Source of the DNA: a virus
Lineage: Duplodnaviria; Caudoviricetes
Reading direction: 5' to 3' (one strand)
Virus record (IMG/VR): IMGVR_UViG_3300022307_000006
Location: 1-38,004 of that record
DNA length: 38,004 nucleotides
Part shown: piece after piece, positions 8,407-16,906 of the stretch
How positions within the stretch are numbered: the stretch's first letter is position 1
Layout of the letters: each line of letters starts with the position of its first letter
Program-made: the position numbers and the translations under genes
Notes under the pieces: model-generated
Told to the model about the DNA's origin: nothing
What the model saw: only the letters and a program-made list of their open reading frames with translations
Database searches by the model: none

Positions 8407-8557
8407 AATACAAGAAGAAAGGATGAATAGAAAGGATAAACTAATTATATTACAAGAACAATTACTAAAAATGAACGAAATAATGATAAGAGAACTATAC
8501 AGAGAAATATTCGATAGAATAAAAAAACGAAAACATAAAAGGAGAAAAACAAAATGA
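8369..8557 (+). CDS. Hypothetical small coiled-coil protein
   Basis: GGAG upstream; ATGA overlap with the next gene. Confidence 0.55.
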   Translation: MNELIKKQQELIRIQEERMNRKDKLIILQEQLLKMNEIMIRELYREIFDRIKKRKHKRRKTK

Positions 8558-9051
8558 CAGACAATAACGACTTTGATGCAATGTTTGACGAAAACGACGA
8601 TGCTTTCAACGGATTAGATGATCCTGATCTTCAAACATATAACAGATTACCGTTTTTTAATAACGATATGAAATATAAATTAGAAGTATACGCAATAATA
8701 TTCAGCGCGTCTACTCAAAACAATAATAGATACTACCATATTGAATTCAATATTGAAGAATCTAACGATCCAGAACGGATACCTGGTTCACAAGCTAGGC
8801 ACACTATAACGATATCATCTATTGCTAAATATAAAAATTATGGTCCAGCAAAATTTAAGCAGTTTCTTTCTGCAGTGACTGGTATACCAGAAAATAGGGC
8901 TGATCTGCCCCAAGGTTTTTGGTCGTCGTTAGCAATAGCAGCACTTAAAGAAGGTAAACTAAATGGTCAAAAAGTATACTTACAAACAGTAACGAACAAG
9001 AATAATAAAAATTTTCCGTTTCATAATTATTCTTATTGTCCAGCCGAATGA
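8554..9051 (+). CDS. Putative single-stranded DNA-binding protein
   Basis: Lies between helicase and polymerase; acidic terminus and beta-rich core; AAGGAG RBS. The function is inferred. Confidence 0.5.
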   Translation: MTDNNDFDAMFDENDDAFNGLDDPDLQTYNRLPFFNNDMKYKLEVYAIIFSASTQNNNRYYHIEFNIEESNDPERIPGSQARHTITISSIAKYKNYGPAKFKQFLSAVTGIPENRADLPQGFWSSLAIAALKEGKLNGQKVYLQTVTNKNNKNFPFHNYSYCPAE

Positions 9052-11102
9052 ATTATACAGTAATAGATACCGAAACCGATCTTATAGATCGCGCTTATAT
9101 TTTTCCTAACATTAGTTGTTTGACCTATTGCGACGATCAAGATCGGTCCGGTATCTATAGTTATATGTGTAATAGAATTGAGCAATATGTAGGTGACACG
9201 CTGACTGGTGGCGGTCACCTTGTTGCTCATAACGCTGCTTTTGATATGGGTGTTTTATGCGAAAACTATCCGGATCTTTTACCTCTTATATTTCAGGCTT
9301 ATGATGAAGATCGAATACATTGCACAATAATAAGGCAAAAACTTCTCGATATTGCTCTAGGTAAAATAAGTGCTGATTCAAGCGGTGAAAAAAACATAGG
9401 ATTTTACACCAACAAGTTTGATGGTAAACGTCATCTAATCAAATACCACTTAAAAGATTTACATTACCGGCGTACTGGTGAAGAATTAGAAAAAGGAGAA
9501 GAGAGAATAACCTTTGGACCATTACGGAAAATATCTTTAGACCAGTGGCCTGAAAAACACATAGCATATGCTGTAAAAGATGTTATTGTAACTAAACCTT
9601 TGTTTGTTACTCAAAGTCACCCAAAAGTAGCAAATTATCTAGAATGTGAAGGATTACAAACTAGAGCAGCATTTTGTCTTAATCTAATAACAGCATATGG
9701 TTTGAGGACAGATAAAAAATTTGTAGATAAATTAAGAGAAGAAACAATAGCAGAAATAGACGAATATTTACCTAAAATACCAGAAGGTTGGCAAGTAAAA
9801 AACGTACTCAAACAAAAACCGGCACAAACAAGGGTGTTACGACACGTAATAAACAAACAAATCTGGCCTAAGCTCACGAAAAAAGGTAATGAGATATTCA
9901 ATAAAAATGACAAAAAGGGATTAGCTACTGCACTTATAGACTGGGATGGTCAGATAGTTGCTTTGTCCCATACCGCATTAAATCGCAGTCCAAAATTTAT
10001 CACACCAAAACACTTATCGCTTGATAAAGAAGTAGGTAAAGACCTTGAAGACGAAGATCTAATAGTACGTAGTAAATTCCATTCTGCTAGAACCGTGTTA
10101 AGTAAGACTATACCAGTACTCGAACAAGGCATAGAATTACCTATACAACCGTCTTATGAGCCATTGTTGGCAACGGGCCGAACTAGCAGTTATGGAAGTA
10201 AACTATTTGTTGGTGACAATATACAAAACCAAAAAAGAAAACCAGGAGTACGAGAATGTTATACAGCTAGACAAGGTAAAATTTTTTGTGCAATAGATTA
10301 TGATACAGCCGAACTCTGCACCTTAGCAGAAGTGTGTTATAATTGGTTAGGACAATCTACGTTAGGGGATGTAATAAATAAAGGTCTTGATCCACACCTT
10401 GATCTAGCAGCAGATATATTAGGAATATCTTATACTATCGCAAAAGAACTTAAAACAAAAAAAGATCCTAAAATAAAACTTATTCGACAAACCGTAAAAG
10501 CAGCAAACTTTGGTTATCCTGGTGGGTCAGGTGCAAAAGCTTTTAAAGAATACGCAAAAGGATACGGTGTTAGGCTGACCGAAGGAGAAGCAAAAGACTT
10601 AAAAAAAGAATGGCTTAAAAAGTTCCCAGAAATGGGAGAATATTTTAAATATATAAGTCAAAAAATAAAAGCCGGTGGTGGTAAGTGTCAAATTAAAGTC
10701 CCTATTGTGAATTTTTATCGTGGTGGATGTAGGTATACCGTGGCATGTAATACGCCGTTTCAGAGCCTAACAGCGGCCGGTGCAAAAGACGCAATGTGGG
10801 AACTTGTAAAAGCGTGTTACTGGTATGGAAAAAATGAAATACTTTTTGGTGAACGAATAGCAGCGTTTATACACGACGAATTTCTGTTTGAATTTAGAGA
10901 CGGCCAACCACACATCACAGAAGCAGCAAATGAAGCAACACGAATAATGATCAAAGCATTTAATAAATATATACCACATTGTCCAGTAACGGCCGCACCA
11001 GTACTGATGAATAGATGGTCAAAAAAAGCCGAAGATGTACAGGTTGACACAGAAGGCCACCATATACCATATGTTTTTGAATTGGAGGACATCTTTCAAT
11101 GA
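9048..11102 (+). CDS. Family A DNA polymerase with 3'-5' exonuclease domain
   Basis: Exo motifs DTET, HNAAFD, YAVKD; ATGRTSS; motif A DYDTAEL; motif B RQTVKAANFG; motif C IHDE. ATG 9048 overlaps the upstream stop. Confidence 0.95.
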   Translation: MNYTVIDTETDLIDRAYIFPNISCLTYCDDQDRSGIYSYMCNRIEQYVGDTLTGGGHLVAHNAAFDMGVLCENYPDLLPLIFQAYDEDRIHCTIIRQKLLDIALGKISADSSGEKNIGFYTNKFDGKRHLIKYHLKDLHYRRTGEELEKGEERITFGPLRKISLDQWPEKHIAYAVKDVIVTKPLFVTQSHPKVANYLECEGLQTRAAFCLNLITAYGLRTDKKFVDKLREETIAEIDEYLPKIPEGWQVKNVLKQKPAQTRVLRHVINKQIWPKLTKKGNEIFNKNDKKGLATALIDWDGQIVALSHTALNRSPKFITPKHLSLDKEVGKDLEDEDLIVRSKFHSARTVLSKTIPVLEQGIELPIQPSYEPLLATGRTSSYGSKLFVGDNIQNQKRKPGVRECYTARQGKIFCAIDYDTAELCTLAEVCYNWLGQSTLGDVINKGLDPHLDLAADILGISYTIAKELKTKKDPKIKLIRQTVKAANFGYPGGSGAKAFKEYAKGYGVRLTEGEAKDLKKEWLKKFPEMGEYFKYISQKIKAGGGKCQIKVPIVNFYRGGCRYTVACNTPFQSLTAAGAKDAMWELVKACYWYGKNEILFGERIAAFIHDEFLFEFRDGQPHITEAANEATRIMIKAFNKYIPHCPVTAAPVLMNRWSKKAEDVQVDTEGHHIPYVFELEDIFQ

Positions 11103-11599
11103 CTTATACTTACTTCTCAATAGATCCTAGTATTCGCGCTTGTGGATGGGCATCATTAAATGAAGACAACCTTCAAGCCGGACTATGTGTATCAAAAGAA
11201 AAATATTGGCAACACGCCGTTTTAGATATTTATGAACAAATATTTACTCTATGTTCAGTGAACATCGATTGTCTTATAATAGAACGTCCTATTATTCAAA
11301 AAAATTGGACACAACAAAAAATAAAATCCATAGAAAAACTACTTGTATGTTATGGTACTTTACTTACAATAAAAGCACCACATACAAGACTTTGGACACC
11401 TACAGTACCAGAATGGAAGAATCAACTTCCAAAAAAAGTCGCGTATTCCAGAGCTATAGATGTACTAACCAACACAAACATAAGAGTACAGATCGTCGGA
11501 AAAATTACAGACGATTTACTACACAATACTCAAGACGCAATTGCGCTCTTAGTAAGATATCTAGAAAAGGAAGGTATTACTCATGACAAAACTTTTTAA
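11099..11599 (+). CDS. RuvC-like Holliday junction resolvase
   Basis: SIDPS..CGWA, IIERP, WK and HNTQDAIAL acidic motif pattern. Confidence 0.8.
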   Translation: MTYTYFSIDPSIRACGWASLNEDNLQAGLCVSKEKYWQHAVLDIYEQIFTLCSVNIDCLIIERPIIQKNWTQQKIKSIEKLLVCYGTLLTIKAPHTRLWTPTVPEWKNQLPKKVAYSRAIDVLTNTNIRVQIVGKITDDLLHNTQDAIALLVRYLEKEGITHDKTF

Positions 11600-12443
11600 A
11601 CTAGTACAGAAATCAACACCAGGACAATGTGACGCTATGCGCTGTAAGGAAGAATCAATAGGAGAAACCGATTATATTGATGGTAGAAAAGCACAACTGT
11701 GTGAATTACACATGCGAGATCTACAGAGATATGCTGGATCTACTGAACCAGTAGAATCTGCTACACTAACAACTACAGTTGTCCCTACTGACTCTCTGGA
11801 AAATATTTTAGTATCAAACCTTGCTGTTAAATCCGGTGCGGTAGAATCAAGAGAAGAAACAGCAAAAGAAATACACGGCATAGCACTTGCAATAAAAGTA
11901 ATAAACATTGATTCAAGAGATAAAGCTGATCAACTTCTTAGTCTTGTACATGAAGAAGAAAAGAAACTAAAAGCCGAAGTAAATGCCATGTACAAACCTA
12001 TTAAAGACGCCGCAAAAGCAACAAAAAATCGTCTTGATTCTTGGTTCGGCCCTACTCTTGATTTTTATACAGAAGCAAAATCTGCATTAAAAGAAAAGCT
12101 TGGAAGTTTTTTACGTGCAGAAAAAGCAAAAGAAGACGTAGCGCTTGCAACTGGTGATCACGAAGCAGCAGCCTTATGTGCAACAGAGGCATCAGAAAAT
12201 GTCAGACTAAAGAGATCATACAACTATGCAATTCTAAATGACGGTAAAAATTTACCTCTAGAATTACTTGCGCCAGATGACACAAAAAATGCTGAGATAG
12301 TAAAACTATTACCACGTGAGATGCTTATACCAAATTATGATCTAATATCTGCTCTTGTTAAAGAACACGGTGACATGTTAGATATACCAGATGTACGAAT
12401 CATTCTTGTTGAAGATATTCAGATGAAAGGTAAACGAAAATAA
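11583..12443 (+). CDS. Hypothetical protein: Cys/His N-terminus, coiled coil, Gp157-like C-terminal motif
   Basis: CDAMRC...CELH; long helical core; LPREMLIPN...IPDVRI. Confidence 0.6.
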   Translation: MTKLFKLVQKSTPGQCDAMRCKEESIGETDYIDGRKAQLCELHMRDLQRYAGSTEPVESATLTTTVVPTDSLENILVSNLAVKSGAVESREETAKEIHGIALAIKVINIDSRDKADQLLSLVHEEEKKLKAEVNAMYKPIKDAAKATKNRLDSWFGPTLDFYTEAKSALKEKLGSFLRAEKAKEDVALATGDHEAAALCATEASENVRLKRSYNYAILNDGKNLPLELLAPDDTKNAEIVKLLPREMLIPNYDLISALVKEHGDMLDIPDVRIILVEDIQMKGKRK

Positions 12444-13222
12444 TGCGTATTGGAGTATATATTAGGGGTATTAAAAAAAGTAGAAATAACCCATACGAAA
12501 TTGCTGATCATCTAACAACACATGGAATTTCTTTTGCGGTTTTTATGGTGATCTGGCAAGAAGCAACAACAAAAAATAGCAGATTTGTGAATACTAAAGT
12601 GCTCGCAGAATGGTCAAAAATTTTTCACGAAGCTGGAATCGAAACGTGGATATGGGGTTATCCCTGGTGCGGTCATGAAGATGTTTTTGTAAAACGTTTA
12701 GAATGGGCCAAAAAAGAGTGCTCTGGACGCCTGAGAGGTATTATTCTAGATCCTGAACTTGGATATCAAGGCCATAAAGTCGGCCGGTCAGAAGCCAAAT
12801 TTGGTGCTACTACACTGATAAACGGTGTACTGGATACTATGGATGAATCAACACTCTTGGGGGTAACGAGTTTTGGTGCCGGTCATGTCCATGGAACCTT
12901 TCCCTGGTCAGAATTTTGTGCCGGTTTTGGCTCACCGCAATTTTACAAAACTACTAATCTGACACAAATCAGTAAAGGACTAGCACATTGGGTACGATCA
13001 GGATGGTCAGAAATCTACCCATCTGTCCCAGCTTTTGGTCAGAATTCTGGTACTAAATTAAGAGACTATATCAATTTAATTGAAGACTGTGCTAAAAATT
13101 CTGGTATAAAAATGACCATACCTGGATATATCGTGTGGTCACTAAAACAATTAGATGGTGGTGAATGGGACATATTAAAAGAATTAGCAGACCGAAAAAC
13201 ACTAATCTTGTCAGGATATTAA
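12443..13222 (+). CDS. Glycoside hydrolase-like TIM-barrel protein, putative endolysin (GH25-like)
   Basis: WIWGY, GIILDPE (DxE) and PQFY pattern resembling GH25-type muramidases. Confidence 0.55.
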   Translation: MRIGVYIRGIKKSRNNPYEIADHLTTHGISFAVFMVIWQEATTKNSRFVNTKVLAEWSKIFHEAGIETWIWGYPWCGHEDVFVKRLEWAKKECSGRLRGIILDPELGYQGHKVGRSEAKFGATTLINGVLDTMDESTLLGVTSFGAGHVHGTFPWSEFCAGFGSPQFYKTTNLTQISKGLAHWVRSGWSEIYPSVPAFGQNSGTKLRDYINLIEDCAKNSGIKMTIPGYIVWSLKQLDGGEWDILKELADRKTLILSGY

Positions 13223-13434
13223 ATGCTCATGTTGAACTTGCGTTGTGTACAATAGCAAGCGCAATTAGGAAACCAGTCTCAGACATTGAGCACCAATGTA
13301 AACCGATCCTAGTTACTCTTGCGCGTAACTGCTACCGTGAGCGCCGCCGTTACCCACGAATACGGCTTAAGGTAAGGAGCGAAGAAGAGATCCCGACTAG
13401 AAAGTTCTTAAGGGAAAAACGGCGGACATGGTAA
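13165..13434 (+). CDS. Hypothetical basic protein
   Basis: Only ORF that fills the gap to the convergent arm; start uncertain. Confidence 0.4.
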   Translation: MGHIKRISRPKNTNLVRILNAHVELALCTIASAIRKPVSDIEHQCKPILVTLARNCYRERRRYPRIRLKVRSEEEIPTRKFLREKRRTW

Positions 13435-14010
13435 CTTAGATGGATCTGGTCTAGGATTCCAGTTCTGTTCCAGTATGCCTTTATTAAAGTAACTGTCTAT
13501 TTTGTCACCACACAAATGTGATATTGTACAACCACCTTCAACTACAGAATGCATTCCATCAAATTCGAAATTAGCTAACATATGTCCAAGTTCATGTCCT
13601 AATGCCAGTAGATCTGGTAGTACCTTGATTAGCGGTGGGTTTTTATAACAATCATATCTACCAGTACACTTAAAATTAGTATCTAAACAATGCCAATATT
13701 TTATACCGCTTGGTAGTGTTTTATAGTTTTTAATTATATACACATAAAAATGCTTTATGTGTTTTTGCATATCAGTAATACCATAACACATCATTACTGA
13801 CATATATTTTGCATCAATTAAAGCGTGATCAACCTGTACACCATTAGATATAATTTTTATGCCTAATGGTGTACGTTCATCTGGTTTATATTGCGTATAA
13901 GTACAACTACACAACAAATTTAACAGGAGTAATAAGCCTAGATAAGTTTGAGTTTGTATCCAAAAACAGTTCAAGGGCTTGTTTATGATCTTCGTTCTTT
14001 TGTACTGCAC
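13408..14010 (-). CDS. Putative lipoprotein with zincin HEXXH motif
   Basis: LGLLLLLNLLCSC lipobox-like segment; LGHELGH; AAGGTAGG upstream of GTG. Confidence 0.65.
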   Translation of the reverse strand: MQYKRTKIINKPLNCFWIQTQTYLGLLLLLNLLCSCTYTQYKPDERTPLGIKIISNGVQVDHALIDAKYMSVMMCYGITDMQKHIKHFYVYIIKNYKTLPSGIKYWHCLDTNFKCTGRYDCYKNPPLIKVLPDLLALGHELGHMLANFEFDGMHSVVEGGCTISHLCGDKIDSYFNKGILEQNWNPRPDPSKLPCPPFFP

Positions 14011-14146
14011 TAAAACCTACCTTTACCCACGGGGCATAATCAACCCCATACTGAATTTTTTGAAAAAAGAACCAAAAAATCGAATTTCGATCAATACGAA
14101 ATTGGCCGTATTTTTCGTGTGTGTGAAAAAACGATTCCTTATTCAT
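13907..14146 (-). CDS. Hypothetical protein
   Basis: ATG lies 3 nt after the upstream stop; overlaps the next gene by about 100 nt. Confidence 0.45.
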   Translation of the reverse strand: MNKESFFHTHEKYGQFRIDRNSIFWFFFQKIQYGVDYAPWVKVGFSAVQKNEDHKQALELFLDTNSNLSRLITPVKFVV

Positions 14147-14149
14147 GAT

Positions 14150-14365
14150 TTATACTTTTTCGCCTTGTGTAACTTCGGTTTGGATTTCGTTGCCCACCAA
14201 ACGAAATTTATCGCGCAATTTAGCAACCTGCAAATACTGATTTCTAGGTAGACTAAGGAAATCCATATAATCCATTCCAAGACAATGTTCAGTGATCCAT
14301 TCTTGTGAGGTTAAAGACCAGTACGTAACCTCTCCTGTACCTTCATTAATTTTAAATCTTGGCAT
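14150..14365 (-). CDS. Hypothetical protein
   Basis: AAGGAG RBS; 71 aa. Confidence 0.7.
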   Translation of the reverse strand: MPRFKINEGTGEVTYWSLTSQEWITEHCLGMDYMDFLSLPRNQYLQVAKLRDKFRLVGNEIQTEVTQGEKV

Positions 14366-14591
14366 AGTTTTTGCTCCTTTTTGATTGTTTTGGTGGTCTT
14401 ATTGTAGGTTTTTCATGGGGTTCTAGAAAACGATCTATAAAACGCTCAATTTTATAGATTAGCTCTATTTGGCACGGTTGACCGAATTCATTTGGTGGTA
14501 ATATAAAATGTGTTTTTTGTTGCATACTAATTGTTTATCATAAAACAAACTAAGATGCAAGATAATAAAAAACAATAAAACAAAAAACTTA

Positions 14592-15254
14592 CTATGGTTT
14601 ACTTATAACTACCTTAGCACCACGAAAATAATCTTGGTTTGTTGAACCATCATTACCGGCTTTAAGCGTAGCGTAATATTCTCTGTTTACTAATGGGGTT
14701 AAATTATCAGCAGTAATAACAATATCTTGCAAATCTGTTGTACCATCATCATAAATACGGGATGTAATGACTGAGTCTACATTATTTCCATATTCATGAT
14801 ATGATAATTCTACACCTACCCTGTTAGTACTGGATCTTGCAGCACCCGGAACAACACTGACAGATACAGACAAATCGATTTCAACATCAGGAATTAATTT
14901 TAATGGTATTACTAAATACCCACTATCTATCATACTTCGCATCTTCCACTGTGTAAAAAGTTCCCAATCAACAACGTTAGAAAGGCATATCGGCTGGCAA
15001 CTACAAGTCGGTATCATATACTCAACTGGTACAAGTTTTATTGCGTCTAGTATTTGTGATACACCATCAACTTCTGTCGAATCACTGGGAATATCTCCTA
15101 CATCATTAAGTAAAGCTTGTATAAAACCAAAATAATCCGACATAGTGTCAGCAATTAAAGCCGTACCTTCTGTTTCTCCAGGACCAGAGCAATCTTGTGC
15201 AATCACATCTGGAAAAGCACCCGAACTATTTGGTATATCTGCAAAATCTTTCAT
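14592..15254 (-). CDS. Short tail fibre/baseplate-associated protein
   Basis: Follows the gp48-like gene; N-terminus GTALIAD...ALLNDVG..P....SQILDAIK resembles tail-fibre attachment regions; GAGG RBS. Confidence 0.6.
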   Translation of the reverse strand: MKDFADIPNSSGAFPDVIAQDCSGPGETEGTALIADTMSDYFGFIQALLNDVGDIPSDSTEVDGVSQILDAIKLVPVEYMIPTCSCQPICLSNVVDWELFTQWKMRSMIDSGYLVIPLKLIPDVEIDLSVSVSVVPGAARSSTNRVGVELSYHEYGNNVDSVITSRIYDDGTTDLQDIVITADNLTPLVNREYYATLKAGNDGSTNQDYFRGAKVVISKP

Positions 15255-15280
15255 TATATTACCTCTATACTCCTATGTTT

Positions 15281-16906
15281 TTATATGACTGCCAATGACA
15301 TTATAGATGACTCAGAACTATGATCATATAATTCATCCCAAGTCTCACCATAATCTATTGATTTATATATTTTTCCGTTCGGTGACGTACCAGCAAAACA
15401 AACACCACCACGATAGTGTATTATTTCATAAATACGTGTTTCTGAACCTAGTTGTCCAAGATCTTCCCAAGTATCACCATAATCAATTGATCTAAGTATT
15501 TTTCCTGTATTCTGAGTACCTGCTAAACATATTCCATCTTTAATAAAACATAGTGTTCCTATACCAGTTTCAGATGCACCAGGATCAATTTCATCCCACG
15601 TTAAACCATAATCTTCTGACTTAAAAACATGAGCCGATCCGTAAGAACCAGCTAAACAAATTCCATTTCCTAAATAAATTATTGAATAAATCCCATCTTC
15701 TGATCCTTGTTGACCTAAATCTGACCACGTGGCACCATAATCTGTTGATCTAAGTATTTTACCAATACCTAAAGTATATGTACCAGCTAAGCAAATTCCG
15801 TTTTCAACATAACATAAAGCAGTTATCCAGGTTGCTGATCCTTGTTGACCTAGGTTTGTCCAGTTTTGACCATAATCTGTACTACGCAAAATTAATCCAC
15901 CTGTTGCCGTACCAACTAAACAAATTCCATTTTCTGTGTGACACAATGGAACAATAGATGTTTGGGAATATTGTTGACCTAAATCTGACCAGTTTGCACC
16001 GTAATCCGTTGATCTAAGTATTTTTCCATTACTTTGAGAACACGCTAAACAAATTCCATTATTAATGTGTATAATAGATCGAATTGCTGTTTGTGAAGCT
16101 TGTTGGCCAAGATCAATCCATGTATCTCCTTGATCTAGTGATCTAAGAATGTGTCCAGTATTATACGTACCAGCTAAAAGATTTGGATATTCAACACACA
16201 ATATACACCAAGTAAAAGCCGGTTTATATTTTAGAATTAAGTTTTTAAGTTGTGTTTCACGCTGTGGATTTGCTTGTCCCATAATAACAGATGGAGATGA
16301 AGGCCAACCGGACGCCACACCACTAACCCAAAAAACATATCGCCACGTCCAGTGTGCGTTTATCTCTGTAGGAACAACATATTCTTTTAATGTTTTAATA
16401 AAATATAAGTAATATCCAGAATATCCACGACTATGACCTGCATATGCAATATCTGAACCTGCAGCAAGATAATATGCTGGTTCTTGTACTGTATAAAGAT
16501 TGCCGTTAACTAATAACTCAAAAGAATCAACTGTTACGTCTGAAGGATCAACTACAGGATTGTTTTGTGTTACTATTAAATCAAAACCGGCATCTTCTAG
16601 CGCATTTTGTAAATGTTTCCATGACGCCGTTGTAGGACGTTTATATACTATATGCGCTAACATTTGACGCCGAGTTGCATCAGATAAAGACGTATCTGAT
16701 ATAATACCATATTCACGTTCTAGATCAGACAGATTTCCCGTAAGACGAGGATTTCTTACATTAGCTAGTAGTTGCAATTCGTCATAAATATCTTGATAAT
16801 CTTCTGCAAGACCATCTAAAAGCTTAGACAAATCACCTTCTGGATCTATTCCGCCTAGTTTACTGTCAGGAAAAAGCGCTTCAAGAATTGTCTTAAAATC
16901 AAACAT
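15281..16906 (-). CDS. Baseplate wedge protein (Mu gp48/YmfQ-like) fused to Asp-box beta-propeller
   Basis: N-terminal LEALFP...NPR..LSDLEREYG...RR and LILKYKPAFT; seven SxDxGxxW Asp boxes in the C-terminal part. Confidence 0.8.
   Translation of the reverse strand: MFDFKTILEALFPDSKLGGIDPEGDLSKLLDGLAEDYQDIYDELQLLANVRNPRLTGNLSDLEREYGIISDTSLSDATRRQMLAHIVYKRPTTASWKHLQNALEDAGFDLIVTQNNPVVDPSDVTVDSFELLVNGNLYTVQEPAYYLAAGSDIAYAGHSRGYSGYYLYFIKTLKEYVVPTEINAHWTWRYVFWVSGVASGWPSSPSVIMGQANPQRETQLKNLILKYKPAFTWCILCVEYPNLLAGTYNTGHILRSLDQGDTWIDLGQQASQTAIRSIIHINNGICLACSQSNGKILRSTDYGANWSDLGQQYSQTSIVPLCHTENGICLVGTATGGLILRSTDYGQNWTNLGQQGSATWITALCYVENGICLAGTYTLGIGKILRSTDYGATWSDLGQQGSEDGIYSIIYLGNGICLAGSYGSAHVFKSEDYGLTWDEIDPGASETGIGTLCFIKDGICLAGTQNTGKILRSIDYGDTWEDLGQLGSETRIYEIIHYRGGVCFAGTSPNGKIYKSIDYGETWDELYDHSSESSIMSLAVI

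Noticed and set aside
2692-11102. Definite Z-genome (2-aminoadenine) phage
   Set aside because: No PurZ in the window; kept only as a hypothesis
11251-11586. 111-aa alternative-frame ORF inside the resolvase
   Set aside because: Fully overlaps a motif-supported gene and has no recognisable features
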